64,000 nt of DNA from Gemmatimonadales bacterium (lineage in GTDB: Bacteria; Gemmatimonadota; Gemmatimonadetes; Gemmatimonadales; GWC2-71-9), in contig JBDIWC010000005.1 of NCBI GenBank assembly GCA_039794085.1, forward strand, positions 32,001-96,000. Direction: 5' to 3'. Of this stretch, positions 55,429 through 64,000 are shown piece after piece. Positions within the stretch are counted from its first letter, which is position 1, and each line of letters begins with the position of its first letter. A model generated the notes under the pieces. It saw only the letters and a list, made by a program, of their open reading frames with translations. It was not told the origin of the DNA and made no database searches. Position numbers and translations under genes: made by a program.

Positions 55429-57810
55429 ATGCCGTCCATTCCGGAAATCCTGGAGACGATGAGCTACGGACCCGCACCCGAGGCCCCGGGAAAGGCCCTC
55501 GCCTGGCTCGACGCCCACCAGCGCCGCTTCGGCCACCTCATTGACGGTGCCGACTCTCCACCCGCCTCCGGCACCTGGTTCGAGACCCGCAATCCCGCCA
55601 CGAACGACCTCCTCGCCGAGGTGGCACAGGGAGACGACGCGGACGTGGACCGGGCGGTGGCGGCGGCCCGGCGGGCCCAACCTGAGTGGTGGGCCCTCGG
55701 TGGGCACGGCAGAGCGCGCCATCTCTACGCGCTCGCTCGGCGGGTGCAGAAGCAGAGCCGCCTCCTCGCGGTGGTGGAGAGCCTGGACAACGGCAAGCCG
55801 ATCCGGGAGTCCCGCGACATCGACATCCCCCTCGTGGCCCGTCACTTCTACCACCACGCGGGGTGGGCCCAGTTGATGGAGGAGGCACTTCCCGGTACCG
55901 CGCCGGTGGGCGTGGTGGGGCAGATCATCCCCTGGAACTTCCCGCTGCTGATGTTGTCGTGGAAGATCGCCCCCGCGCTCGCCATGGGGAACACGGTGGT
56001 GCTCAAGCCGGCGGAGTACACCCCGCTCACGGCCCTTCTCTTCGGTGAATTGTGCCGCGAGGCTGGTCTCCCCGCGGGCGTGGTGAACATTGTGACGGGA
56101 GACGGGCGGACCGGCGCGGCGCTGGTGGAGCATCCCGGGGTGGACAAGATCGCGTTCACCGGATCAACCGAGGTCGGCCGCCAGATCCGCGTCGCCACCG
56201 CGGGGAGCGGCAAGAAGCTCTCGCTGGAACTGGGCGGAAAATCCCCCTTCATTGTTTTTGAGGACGCCGATCTCGACAGCGTGGTGGAGGGAGTGGTCGA
56301 CGCGATCTGGTTCAACCAGGGACAGGTCTGCTGCGCCGGTTCACGCATCCTGGTCCAGGAAGGCGTGGCGACTCGGCTTGTCGATCGGCTCAAGGCCCGG
56401 ATGGAGACGCTCCGCGTGGGGAACTCCCTCGACAAGAGCATCGACATCGGGGCCATTGTGGCGCCGGTACAGCTGGAGCGGATCACCACGCTGGTGGAAC
56501 AGGGCGTGAGCGAGGGGGCCACCCTGTGGCAGCCGTCGTGGAGCTGCCCCACCGAGGGCCTCTTCTATCCGCCCACGTTGTTTACCGGGGTCTCTCCCGC
56601 GGCCACGATTGCGCAGGAGGAGATCTTCGGGCCGGTGGTGGTGCTCATGACCTTCCGCACCCCCGCCGAGGCGGTGGAGATCGCCAACAACACGCGGTAT
56701 GGGCTCGCGGCGAGCGTATGGACCGAGAACATCGGTGTCGCCCTCGACATCGCGCCACAGGTGAAGGCGGGCACGGTGTGGATCAACTGCACCAACGTGT
56801 TCGATGCCGCATCGGGCTTTGGCGGATACCGCGAGAGCGGGTTCGGGCGGGAAGGGGGGAAGGAGGGACTCTGGGAGTATGTGAAGGTGGTCCGGCCCAC
56901 GGTGTCACCAGCGTCACAGGTCAATCCGGGGGAGCCACCACCGGTGTCGGAGACAGATGGTCTCCCCGAGATCGATCGCACCCCGAAGCTCTACATCGGC
57001 GGGAAACAGATGCGGCCCGACTCGGGCTACAGCGTGCCCGTGGTGGATGCCTGGGGGCGCACGGTGGGCGAGGTGGGGGCGGGGAACCGGAAGGACATCC
57101 GGAACGCGGTGGAGGCGGCCCGCAAGGGGGCAGGGTGGGCCCGCAGCACGTCGCACCTCCGGGCGCAGGTCCTCTACTACATCGGGGAGAACCTCTCCGC
57201 TCGGCGGGTCGAGTTTGCCCAGTCGCTCGGCCGGCATTGCGGAGTGATGGCGGACGCGGAGCGTGAGGTGGCGCTGGCGGTGGAACGGTGCTTCCGGTAC
57301 GCCGCCTGGGCCGACAAGTACGACGGTGCCGTGCACCACACGCCGTTCCGCAACGTCACCCTGGCCATGCCGGAACCGATCGGTGTCATGGGACTGGTCT
57401 GCGGCGACGAGGCTCCGCTGCTCGGATTCCTCTCCCTCGTACTCCCGGCCATCGCCATGGGAAACACCGTGGTGGCCGTGCCCTCCGAGGCGTGGCCCCT
57501 CGCGGCTATCGATTGCTATCAGGTGTTCGACACCTCGGATCTCCCGGGGGGTGTGGTGAACATCGTCACCGGGAGCCGGGAGGAGCTGGCTCAGGTGCTC
57601 GCCGCCCACGACGACGTGGATGGGATCTGGTACCACGGGAGTGCCGAGGGAAGCGCCGACGTGGAGCGGCTCTCGGCGGGGAATATGAAGCGGACCTGGG
57701 TCACTCGCGGCATCCCGCGCCAATGGACCGACCCGCGGGACGGCGGCGGCGAGGAGTTCCTCCGCGAGGCGACCCAGGTGAAGAACATCTGGGTGCCGTA
57801 CGGGGCGTAG
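55429..57810 (+). CDS. ALDH16-type aldehyde dehydrogenase with duplicated NAD-binding domain
   Basis: PWNFP, FTGSTEVG, LELGGKSP, GQVCCAG, EEIFGP, then a second truncated ALDH domain ending KNIWVPYG. Confidence 0.92.
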   Translation: MPSIPEILETMSYGPAPEAPGKALAWLDAHQRRFGHLIDGADSPPASGTWFETRNPATNDLLAEVAQGDDADVDRAVAAARRAQPEWWALGGHGRARHLYALARRVQKQSRLLAVVESLDNGKPIRESRDIDIPLVARHFYHHAGWAQLMEEALPGTAPVGVVGQIIPWNFPLLMLSWKIAPALAMGNTVVLKPAEYTPLTALLFGELCREAGLPAGVVNIVTGDGRTGAALVEHPGVDKIAFTGSTEVGRQIRVATAGSGKKLSLELGGKSPFIVFEDADLDSVVEGVVDAIWFNQGQVCCAGSRILVQEGVATRLVDRLKARMETLRVGNSLDKSIDIGAIVAPVQLERITTLVEQGVSEGATLWQPSWSCPTEGLFYPPTLFTGVSPAATIAQEEIFGPVVVLMTFRTPAEAVEIANNTRYGLAASVWTENIGVALDIAPQVKAGTVWINCTNVFDAASGFGGYRESGFGREGGKEGLWEYVKVVRPTVSPASQVNPGEPPPVSETDGLPEIDRTPKLYIGGKQMRPDSGYSVPVVDAWGRTVGEVGAGNRKDIRNAVEAARKGAGWARSTSHLRAQVLYYIGENLSARRVEFAQSLGRHCGVMADAEREVALAVERCFRYAAWADKYDGAVHHTPFRNVTLAMPEPIGVMGLVCGDEAPLLGFLSLVLPAIAMGNTVVAVPSEAWPLAAIDCYQVFDTSDLPGGVVNIVTGSREELAQVLAAHDDVDGIWYHGSAEGSADVERLSAGNMKRTWVTRGIPRQWTDPRDGGGEEFLREATQVKNIWVPYGA

Positions 57811-58047
57811 CCCTCACCCCTGTCCCCTCCCCCAAATCAATGAACAATGAACAATGAACAATGACCAATGAATGCGTCTTGCGACCTCGGGGCAGTTTCG
57901 TTCGGGATGACGGTCCTGGAACTTCAGGTGCCGTTCCCCTCTCCCATTGTATGGGAGAGGGGACAGGGGTGAGGGCTGAAGGTCCTGGAACCCCAGGTGC
58001 CGTTCCCCTCTCCCATTTTATGGGAGAGGGGACAGGGGTGAGGGCTA
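57809..58047. repeat. REP-like cluster: 21-bp inverted repeat, heptamer array and 69-bp tandem duplication
   Basis: AGCCCTCACCCCTGTCCCCTC (57809-57829) is inverted at 57957-57977 and 58026-58046; 57912-57980 is repeated at 57981-58047; CAATGA[AC]x5 at 57838-57872. Confidence 0.85.
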
Positions 58048-58051
58048 ACTT

Positions 58052-58951
58052 TCAGGGCTTTTCCAGCACAATCCGGAAGTGATCCAGCAGCTCCCGTTCG
58101 AAGCAGACCGTGTTGGCGCTCACGCCCGACGCAAAGGCGAACCGGAAGTCGGCGCTCAGGAGGTAGCGGGGGAGCAGGGAGAGCTTCATCATCGTCTTCT
58201 TGAACGACGGCTCGGCGAAGCGCTTCCGCCACTGCTTGATCGTCTCGATGTAGTCGAGCCGGCCGCTGCTCTGCGACACCACGCGGAAGTGGGGCGCGGC
58301 GGTCTTTTCCAGTTGTTCAAACCCGTACGGCAGCCACGACCCGGGAAACTGCTTCCCCATCAGCGCCAGGTACCAGGCGTCCGAGTCGCGTGGGGCGGTG
58401 ATGTCCAGGGTGTCGACCGGGAGCATGTTCCGGCCGAACACCATCGTCTGCAGGAAGAAGCGTCCCCCCGAGGGGAGAAGCGAGGCCATCCGGCGGAAAA
58501 TGTCTCCGTAGATCTCCTCCTGCTTCCCGGCCCGGTACTCCTCCGGAGAGCAGAAGTGTTCCCAGGCGCCGAGACTGATGATGGCGTCGAACTTTCCGAA
58601 GGTCTCGGGTGTGATGGTCCGGCCATCGAGAATGTGCACCGTGAGTCCATTGCGCCGACATGCCTCCGCCTGGCCGGTCGACAGCGTGACCCCGATCCCC
58701 TCGGCGCCGCGGTCGCGGATGGCCCGGAGCCCGGGGCCCCAGCCGCAGCCGAAGTCGAGCACCCGCTTGCCGGGGCCGATGCCGAGTGATTCCGCGATGA
58801 AGGCGTGCTTGCGGGCCTGCGCCTCCTCCAGGGAGAGGGAGAAGTCACCGTCGTACTTCGCTCCGCTGAAGTCGGCCATCTCGCCGAGGCTCAGACGGAA
58901 GATTCGATCGATCAGCGAATAGGTGAACTCGAGATCACGCTGGGTGGCCAT
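58052..58951 (-). CDS. Cyclopropane-fatty-acyl synthase-like SAM-dependent methyltransferase
   Basis: LEEAQARK, VLDFGCGWG, GVTLSTGQ, FDAIISLGAWEHF. Confidence 0.85.
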   Translation of the reverse strand: MATQRDLEFTYSLIDRIFRLSLGEMADFSGAKYDGDFSLSLEEAQARKHAFIAESLGIGPGKRVLDFGCGWGPGLRAIRDRGAEGIGVTLSTGQAEACRRNGLTVHILDGRTITPETFGKFDAIISLGAWEHFCSPEEYRAGKQEEIYGDIFRRMASLLPSGGRFFLQTMVFGRNMLPVDTLDITAPRDSDAWYLALMGKQFPGSWLPYGFEQLEKTAAPHFRVVSQSSGRLDYIETIKQWRKRFAEPSFKKTMMKLSLLPRYLLSADFRFAFASGVSANTVCFERELLDHFRIVLEKP

Positions 58952-59045
58952 GCGGTTCCTTGAGAAGGGACGCCGGGGAAACGTGCCGGTCGGTGAAATG
59001 GATCCTTCGGGCAATCAGGAAAGATAGCCGGGGCAGCCCCATCCG

Positions 59046-60362
59046 TCAGGCGTCGGCGGCCTTCCGGGCCGCGATGGCATTCGCCTCGTTCACCGACAGG
59101 AGGAGGGCGCCGCCGATCAGGAAGAAGAGGAGCACCGTGGCCACCCCGGCCCGCTGGGTGTGGAAGGCTCCTGCGGCTAGGCCCAGGAGGATCGGTCCCA
59201 TGAAGGACGTCACCTTTCCGCTGAAGGCGAAGAATCCGAAGAACTCGGCCCGGTGCCGTTCGGGCACGAACCGCCCCATAAGCGAGCGGCTCGCCGACTG
59301 GTTGGGGCCCACGAAGATTCCGAGCAGGATCCCCGCGGCCCAGAGCCAGGCCTTGGTCGGGGCCAGCACCGCCATCACCGTGGCGATGCTCAGGGCCACG
59401 AGGGTCAGCAGGATCGTCTTCTTGCCCCCGATCCGGTCATCCACCACGCCGAAGACCAGTGCGCCGAGTCCCGAGGCGAGGTTGAGGGCGATCCCGAAGA
59501 GGATCACCTCCGAGATCGGCATGCCGAAAGTGCCGGCCGCGTAGATCCCCCCGAAGGCGAAGATGGTGACGAGCCCGTCGTTGTAGACCAGCCGGGCCAC
59601 CAGGAACTTGGCGATCTCCCGGTACCGGCCCACGGCGCGGAAGGTCTCGCGGAGCTGGGCCACGGCGGCTCCGAAGCGGAGGCCCGCCCCGTGGATTCGT
59701 TTTTCGGGCACCACGAAGAAGATGGGGAGACTGAAGAGGAGGTACCACCCGGCCACGAGAAGGTTTGTCGCGCGGACGTTGAATCCGTTCTCGGCGGAGA
59801 TCCCGAACCACGGCACCTCGGGCTGAACAAAACCAACCAGGGCCAGGACCATGCAGAGGAGCCCGCCGGCGTATCCGAGCCCCCATCCGTAACCCGAGAC
59901 CCGTCCGATCCGGCTCTCGGAGGCGATGTCGGGGAGGAAGGCGTTGTAGAACACCATGCTCATCTCGAACGCCACGTTGGCGAGGACAAAGAGGGTGAGG
60001 GCGGTGAGGGCGGCGTGGGGAGCGCCGGGGGGAATGAACGCGAGGGCCACGGTGCCGCTCACACAGACGCCGGTGCAGAGGGCGAGCCAGACCTTGCGGG
60101 TCCCTCCCCGGTCGGCGGCGGCGCCGAGGAGGGGGGAGGTGAGGGCCACGATGAGGGCGGAGAGGCCGACCGCGCGGGACCACCAGGTGGTGCCGGCGAT
60201 CTCGTCGGGGGCCATGGCCTGGGTGAAGTAGGTGGAGTAGATGAAGGTGACGACGAGGGTGGTGAAGGCCGAGTTGGCCCAGTCGTAGAGGGCCCAGGAC
60301 CAGATGACGCGAGGGTTGTCCTTGGGGGGGGGAGCGGAGGCGGCGGAAACGGGGGGAGTCAC
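59046..60362 (-). CDS. MFS transporter (UMF1/Atg22-like)
   Basis: WALYDWANSAF, FYNAFLPDI, GRVSGYGWGLGY, QSASRSL, about 12 TMs. Confidence 0.92.
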   Translation of the reverse strand: MTPPVSAASAPPPKDNPRVIWSWALYDWANSAFTTLVVTFIYSTYFTQAMAPDEIAGTTWWSRAVGLSALIVALTSPLLGAAADRGGTRKVWLALCTGVCVSGTVALAFIPPGAPHAALTALTLFVLANVAFEMSMVFYNAFLPDIASESRIGRVSGYGWGLGYAGGLLCMVLALVGFVQPEVPWFGISAENGFNVRATNLLVAGWYLLFSLPIFFVVPEKRIHGAGLRFGAAVAQLRETFRAVGRYREIAKFLVARLVYNDGLVTIFAFGGIYAAGTFGMPISEVILFGIALNLASGLGALVFGVVDDRIGGKKTILLTLVALSIATVMAVLAPTKAWLWAAGILLGIFVGPNQSASRSLMGRFVPERHRAEFFGFFAFSGKVTSFMGPILLGLAAGAFHTQRAGVATVLLFFLIGGALLLSVNEANAIAARKAADA

Positions 60363-60379
60363 GCGAGGGCCTCCGGGGA

Positions 60380-60449
60380 CAATGACCAATGACCAATGAC
60401 CAATGACCAATGAACAATGAACAATGAACAGTGAACAGTGACCAATGAA
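60380..60449 (+). repeat. Heptamer array CA[AG]TGA[AC] x10
   Basis: Read directly. Confidence 0.92.
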
Positions 60450-60575
60450 CCCTGAACGGGTGTCGTGGGGACTGGAACTCTTTGCGAGCGATGGAGTATG
60501 CGCCGAGACTGAGGGCGGCGCAAGGCAGGATGTGCGTGAACTTTGCGTCCTCGGGGAGTTATCCCGAGCCACGGG

Positions 60576-60634
60576 GGGCCGTCATCCCGAACCGCACAAG
60601 GGCCGTCATCCCGAGGGCGAAGCCCGAGGGATCT
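60576..60634 (+). repeat. GGGCCGTCATCCCGA doublet with CCCGAGGGCGAAGCCCGAGGG REP-like element
   Basis: GGGCCGTCATCCCGA occurs twice; a reverse-complement partial copy TTCGGGATGACGG lies at 57901-57913. Confidence 0.6.
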
Positions 60635-60725
60635 GAGGCGGTGGCGGGCGTACTTCCCGTCGTCCACCCCTGATCGCCGCAAGACATTCCAAACGCGGTC
60701 AGTACATGGGGATCGCCCTAGATAC

Positions 60726-60751
60726 CGTGGGTGCGTTGCTTGCGGCGCACC
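60726..60751 (+). repeat. GTGG-type REP A (inverted copy at 63681-63706, partial at 63477-63495)
   Basis: CGTGGGTGCGTTGCTTGCGGCGCACC versus its reverse complement at 63681: 1 mismatch in 26 bp. Confidence 0.8.
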
Positions 60752-60799
60752 CAAGGCGATCTCGATTCCATCCTGTATGGCTTCCCGGTGTCCGTCCGT

Positions 60800-60853
60800 T
60801 ACCCCGGGGCTCTCGCCCCGGGCTCGGCGGTGCGGCCGTTCACACGGCCGGGA
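60800..60853 (+). repeat. 54-bp double-hairpin repeat B (inverted copy at 63540-63593)
   Basis: 1 mismatch in 54 bp; internal hairpins CCCGGGGC..GCCCCGGG and CGGCCG..CGGCCG. Confidence 0.9.
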
Positions 60854-61028
60854 ATGCACCCGGACTCTCGCCTCATCGGGATTACCCCGCACACCGAGCG
60901 CCGACACTGAAACTGAGACGTTGTGACCTGGCGCACGGAGTGTAGGAGAGAGGGGCGGTAACTTTCAAAAAGGTCGAATGGGGAGAGGGGAACGTTCGAA
61001 TTCTTGGCACCTCTCAGAAACGTAACAC

Positions 61029-61057
61029 TTGACAGAAAAGTGATTACTCCGTACCGT
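61029..61057 (+). promoter_or_regulatory. sigma70-type promoter for the cargo genes
   Basis: TTGACA-N17-TACCGT in an AT-rich stretch. Confidence 0.6.
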
Positions 61058-61096
61058 GGAGCACTCCCTTTACCGTGAGGTACCAAGTGCTAACTG

Positions 61097-62985
61097 TTGC
61101 AGAGCCGCAGAGCCGCAGAGCCGCAGGATTGCCGTAAGCCGGTTCTCCGCAATGGTTTTCGTGGCGTTGTCTTCGCTGGCCTGGTGATGCTGGCCGGGTG
61201 TTCGCCGGATGCAACCGCCCCCGGAGGCACCCTTCCTCAGCAGGCCGTGGTGGCGTCGGGCAACGCCCGAGGGGTGATCACCGAGCACCCCACCATCCCC
61301 TTCGCCGATGTCGAGATCGAGGCCGCCGGGAGCCTGAGACCGGGAGTTCCATCGTGGTCACTGCTCGCCTGGCCGGACGGGTGTCCGCCACCGAGGTCCG
61401 GTTCACTCTGGAGCGGCTCGACCTTCCCGCCGCCAGTCGTGCGGCCAATCAGGGCCGGAGCCACACGACCTTGCGGAACTGGCAGGGGGGCTTGGCGCCG
61501 ACGGCTGTCACCGTCCTCGAGTCCTCCCTTACCTACGATGAGCCGGGATACTACCGGGTGCTCGCCACCGCCACCGCAGCCCCAATTGAGAAGCTCCCGG
61601 ATGGAACTCATGTGCGGACCCTGGCGAGCCGAACGCTCTGGTTGTTCGTGGCCCCAGAGGGGGGCCGGCTCACCGAGGGATGGGACAGCACGGTGGTGGA
61701 TCCGGCCTTCCGGTTCGAGTACGGGGCCTATGGTGTGAGGTTCCCTCGGCCCAAGCCCCGGCCGGCTGGGAAGGTGGAGGGGCTGGCCATGGGCTCCCAG
61801 GCAACGGTGCAGGGCTCGGTCAAGTACCACGACATCAAGCTCAACCAGGACATCGGGATTCGCGGGGGACAGCTATCGGTGGTCTGCTTCGGTCGGAGCA
61901 GCCCCGAGGTTTTGGAGTGGGACCTCTTCGAGGGGCCGAGTGTCAGCACGGTGTCGAGCAACGGTGACTTCACGGTGGTTTGCCCCGACGGCTTCGAATA
62001 CGCCGAGGGGGAGTACGCCACGCAGGGCCTCGTGTCGGTGGGCAAGGGGAGGAACGGGTCATTGGTGGGGTCGTCCTTTGCGGCGTTCACGGGAACGACG
62101 GGGACCCTCATGCTGGTGAACAACAACACGGCGGCCAGTTCATTCTCCATCATGGAGGAGTTCGTTCCGCAGGCATTCACGAAGTTCGGCGTCTCCCGGT
62201 CGAGCATGCAGATCTGGGCCTCGGATGACAACGATTCGACGCATTCGCCGGTGTACTGCCAGCCGATCTTCCTGAATTGCCCCGGGGTCGAGATCGTGCG
62301 CATGAACAACACCGGAGCATTTGGGGAGGATGGCGTCTTTGTGACGATGCACGAGTATGGCCATGGGTTCCAGTACGTGGCGATCGAGCCGTGGCAACTC
62401 CCGACCGGATGTCCTACTCCGCATTTCGTAGACAGCCTCACCACACTGACCTGCGCGCTCACCGAAGGATTTGCTGACTTCTTCTCGGCGTGGGTCGGCG
62501 GCAGCAAAATATTCCAAAACCCTCGGTATTCTGATGCTGAAGCGGAATTGAACCCCAGCAGGACGGCAGGTAACGGTTCGATTGTCGAGGGTGCGGTTGC
62601 AGGATTCCTCTACGACCTGGTGGACGGGCCTTCGGATCCAAACGGTCCACAGAATGAGAGCGGGACCGATGATGACCAAGTGGCATGGCCAGGCAATCTG
62701 ATTGTTCAGGTATTCCAATCATGTGCCTTGCGGGATGCCTCCACGGGGATCTGGAACACGAAGCTGAGCGGGATTGACCAGTTCATCTATTGTCTCGACA
62801 CCCCGGATATCTCCCCGCCGTTTGATCCACAAACAGCGCTCAATCCAGCGACTGGACAACGATACTTCGCCACCGGTCGGCTGTACAACCAGATCACGGT
62901 GTCCGCCACGCTGCCACCGACCTGGAACAAGGCCTACTTTCGCCAGCTCTGGCTCTTCAATCTCTACAACCAGGGAGGCCTCTGA
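61097..62985 (+). pseudogene. Frameshifted lipoprotein zinc metallopeptidase-like gene
   Basis: Lipobox LAGC in the 61097 frame; frame changes at about 61349 into the 61198-62985 ORF carrying HEYGH and LTEGFADFF. May be a sequencing error. Confidence 0.65.
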
Positions 62986-63425
62986 TGCTGTCGCTCAACC
63001 TGAAGCGGGATCCGGGCGGCGGAGTGCAGTGCCACCGGATCCATCCAGTCCGGACGAGAGGGATGCTTGTTGCTACGGGACTCTTGGTGGCGTGCGGAGG
63101 AAATCCAGTTGACACGCGCCTGCCCGGCCCCAACGATAACTGTTTCGGTAACTTCATAGGGCTCACGCCGTTTGCAGATACCGTTGCTGCAGGGGACTCC
63201 GTCCATGTGCTGGCACGACCCGCATCGACGTTCGCCTCCTGCTTCCCCGGGATCGCCTTTGTTGTCACCTGGGAAGTTCGCCCGGACAGTGGCGTGGCAA
63301 TCGCAGCGGATTCCGACACGACTTCCTGGGCAACGGGGGTCAGGCCGGGTCAATTCGTTCTGAAGGCACGGGTGCGCGACGCTCCTGCGGCAGGTGGGTC
63401 GATGACCCTCGTCGTGGTTCCGTGA
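62985..63425 (+). CDS. Small putative lipoprotein
   Basis: Lipobox LLVAC, beta-rich body; ATG overlaps the upstream TGA. Confidence 0.55.
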   Translation: MLSLNLKRDPGGGVQCHRIHPVRTRGMLVATGLLVACGGNPVDTRLPGPNDNCFGNFIGLTPFADTVAAGDSVHVLARPASTFASCFPGIAFVVTWEVRPDSGVAIAADSDTTSWATGVRPGQFVLKARVRDAPAAGGSMTLVVVP

Positions 63426-63539
63426 TCAGCTCTGGCCGACCCTCCGCAGGATTTCCGCTTCAGTCTGTGGGTCGCCGTGGGTGCGCCGCAAGCAAGGCCT
63501 CGACGGCTGTGTGCGGAAGATCGGATGGCACCGGGGAAA

Positions 63540-63593
63540 TCCCGGCCGTGTGAACGGCCGCACCGCCGAGCCCGGGGCGAAAGCCCCGGGGTA
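63540..63593 (-). repeat. Inverted copy of repeat B
   Basis: Reverse complement of 60800-60853. Confidence 0.9.
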
Positions 63594-63620
63594 TTCCCGG
63601 GGTATTTCTTTCACGCCTTC

Positions 63621-63657
63621 ACCCCCTGACCCCTCTCCCACACAGTGGGAGAGGGGG
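63621..63657. repeat. CCCCTCTCCC-N-GGGAGAGGGG REP-like hairpin
   Basis: Same family as the hairpins at about 57936-57962 and 58005-58031. Confidence 0.75.
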
Positions 63658-63714
63658 ACGACACGATGAGATCAGGCAAAGGTGCGCCGCAAGCAGCGCA
63701 CCCACGAGCGAGGT

Positions 63715-63823
63715 CAATGATCAACGAACAGTGACAACCGACCGCTGGTCACGGGTTCGGAACCTGTCAAGGGGGTTATTGATCATTGATCATTGATCAT
63801 TGATCATTGTTCATTGTTCATTG
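63715..63823. repeat. Convergent CAATGA[ATC]-family heptamer arrays
   Basis: 3 direct units at 63715-63735 and 7 inverted units at 63775-63823. Confidence 0.85.
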
Positions 63824-63865
63824 AACGCTGTTATTCTTCCCCGCTCACTCCACAGGCGCTCTCGT

Positions 63866-64000
63866 GTGAAGATCGGATTCATCGGGTCCCACGGTGTCGG
63901 CAAGACCACGCTCTGCTTCGACCTGGCCGCGCGGCTCAAGCGGCTCGACCTCGCGGTGGATCTGGTCAAGGAGGTGGCCCGGAGCTGTCCCCTGCCCATC
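63866..64000 (+). CDS. P-loop ATPase/kinase (AAA_28/NadR-like), partial at right edge
   Basis: Manual translation VKIGFIGSHGVGKTTLCFDLAARLK...KEVARSCPLPI. Confidence 0.75.
   Translation, partial: MKIGFIGSHGVGKTTLCFDLAARLKRLDLAVDLVKEVARSCPLPI

Noticed and set aside
60450..61030. Short ORFs in the repeat-rich region as a transposase
   Set aside because: No HUH, DDE or recombinase motifs; translations reflect the repeats.
57809..63823. Repeat arrays as a CRISPR array
   Set aside because: Units are 7-bp tandem repeats or a single 69-bp duplication, with no unique spacers and no cas genes.
1..64000. tRNA, rRNA or riboswitch genes
   Set aside because: None recognised by eye; tRNAscan-SE and Infernal would be needed to exclude them.

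Overview
GC-rich bacterial window. Gene order and content resemble Gemmatimonadota, but that is an inference I cannot verify here. About 1-30.4 kb is a large flagellar cluster. Its minus-strand block runs: sigma54 activator, flgB, flgC, ORF, fliEFGHIJ, motE-like, fliK, flgDE, fliL, fliMN, fused fliO-fliP, fliQR, flhBAFG, fliA, ORF, flgF, flgG (partial). Its divergent plus-strand block runs: flgL, fliW, fliC, fliD, fliS, ORF, flgM, cheY, cheZ. The regulatory hierarchy can be read from the DNA: three sigma54 -24/-12 promoters with palindromic CCGGCA-N5-TGCCGG-type upstream sites, five sigma28-like promoters, and a CsrA-type hairpin in the fliC leader. 30.4-46.5 kb holds a His-less kinase-like gene, a sigma28-preceded operon of an outer-membrane beta-barrel, a YfiR-family protein and a YfiN-like-sensor chemoreceptor (top finding), then a PAS-MCP, cheAWBRX-PilZ-cheY, a hybrid kinase and a sulfite oxidase-family gene. 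46.5-64 kb mixes housekeeping genes (U32/RlhA-like, rhomboid, deoC, ALDH16, CFA-like methyltransferase, MFS) with four intact toxin-antitoxin pairs and two remnants. It also carries many short tandem and REP-like repeat families, and a frameshifted lipoprotein metallopeptidase cargo enclosed by three nested pairs of inverted repeats. No rRNA, tRNA, CRISPR array, transposase or integrase was recognised. Start codons were refined by eye.
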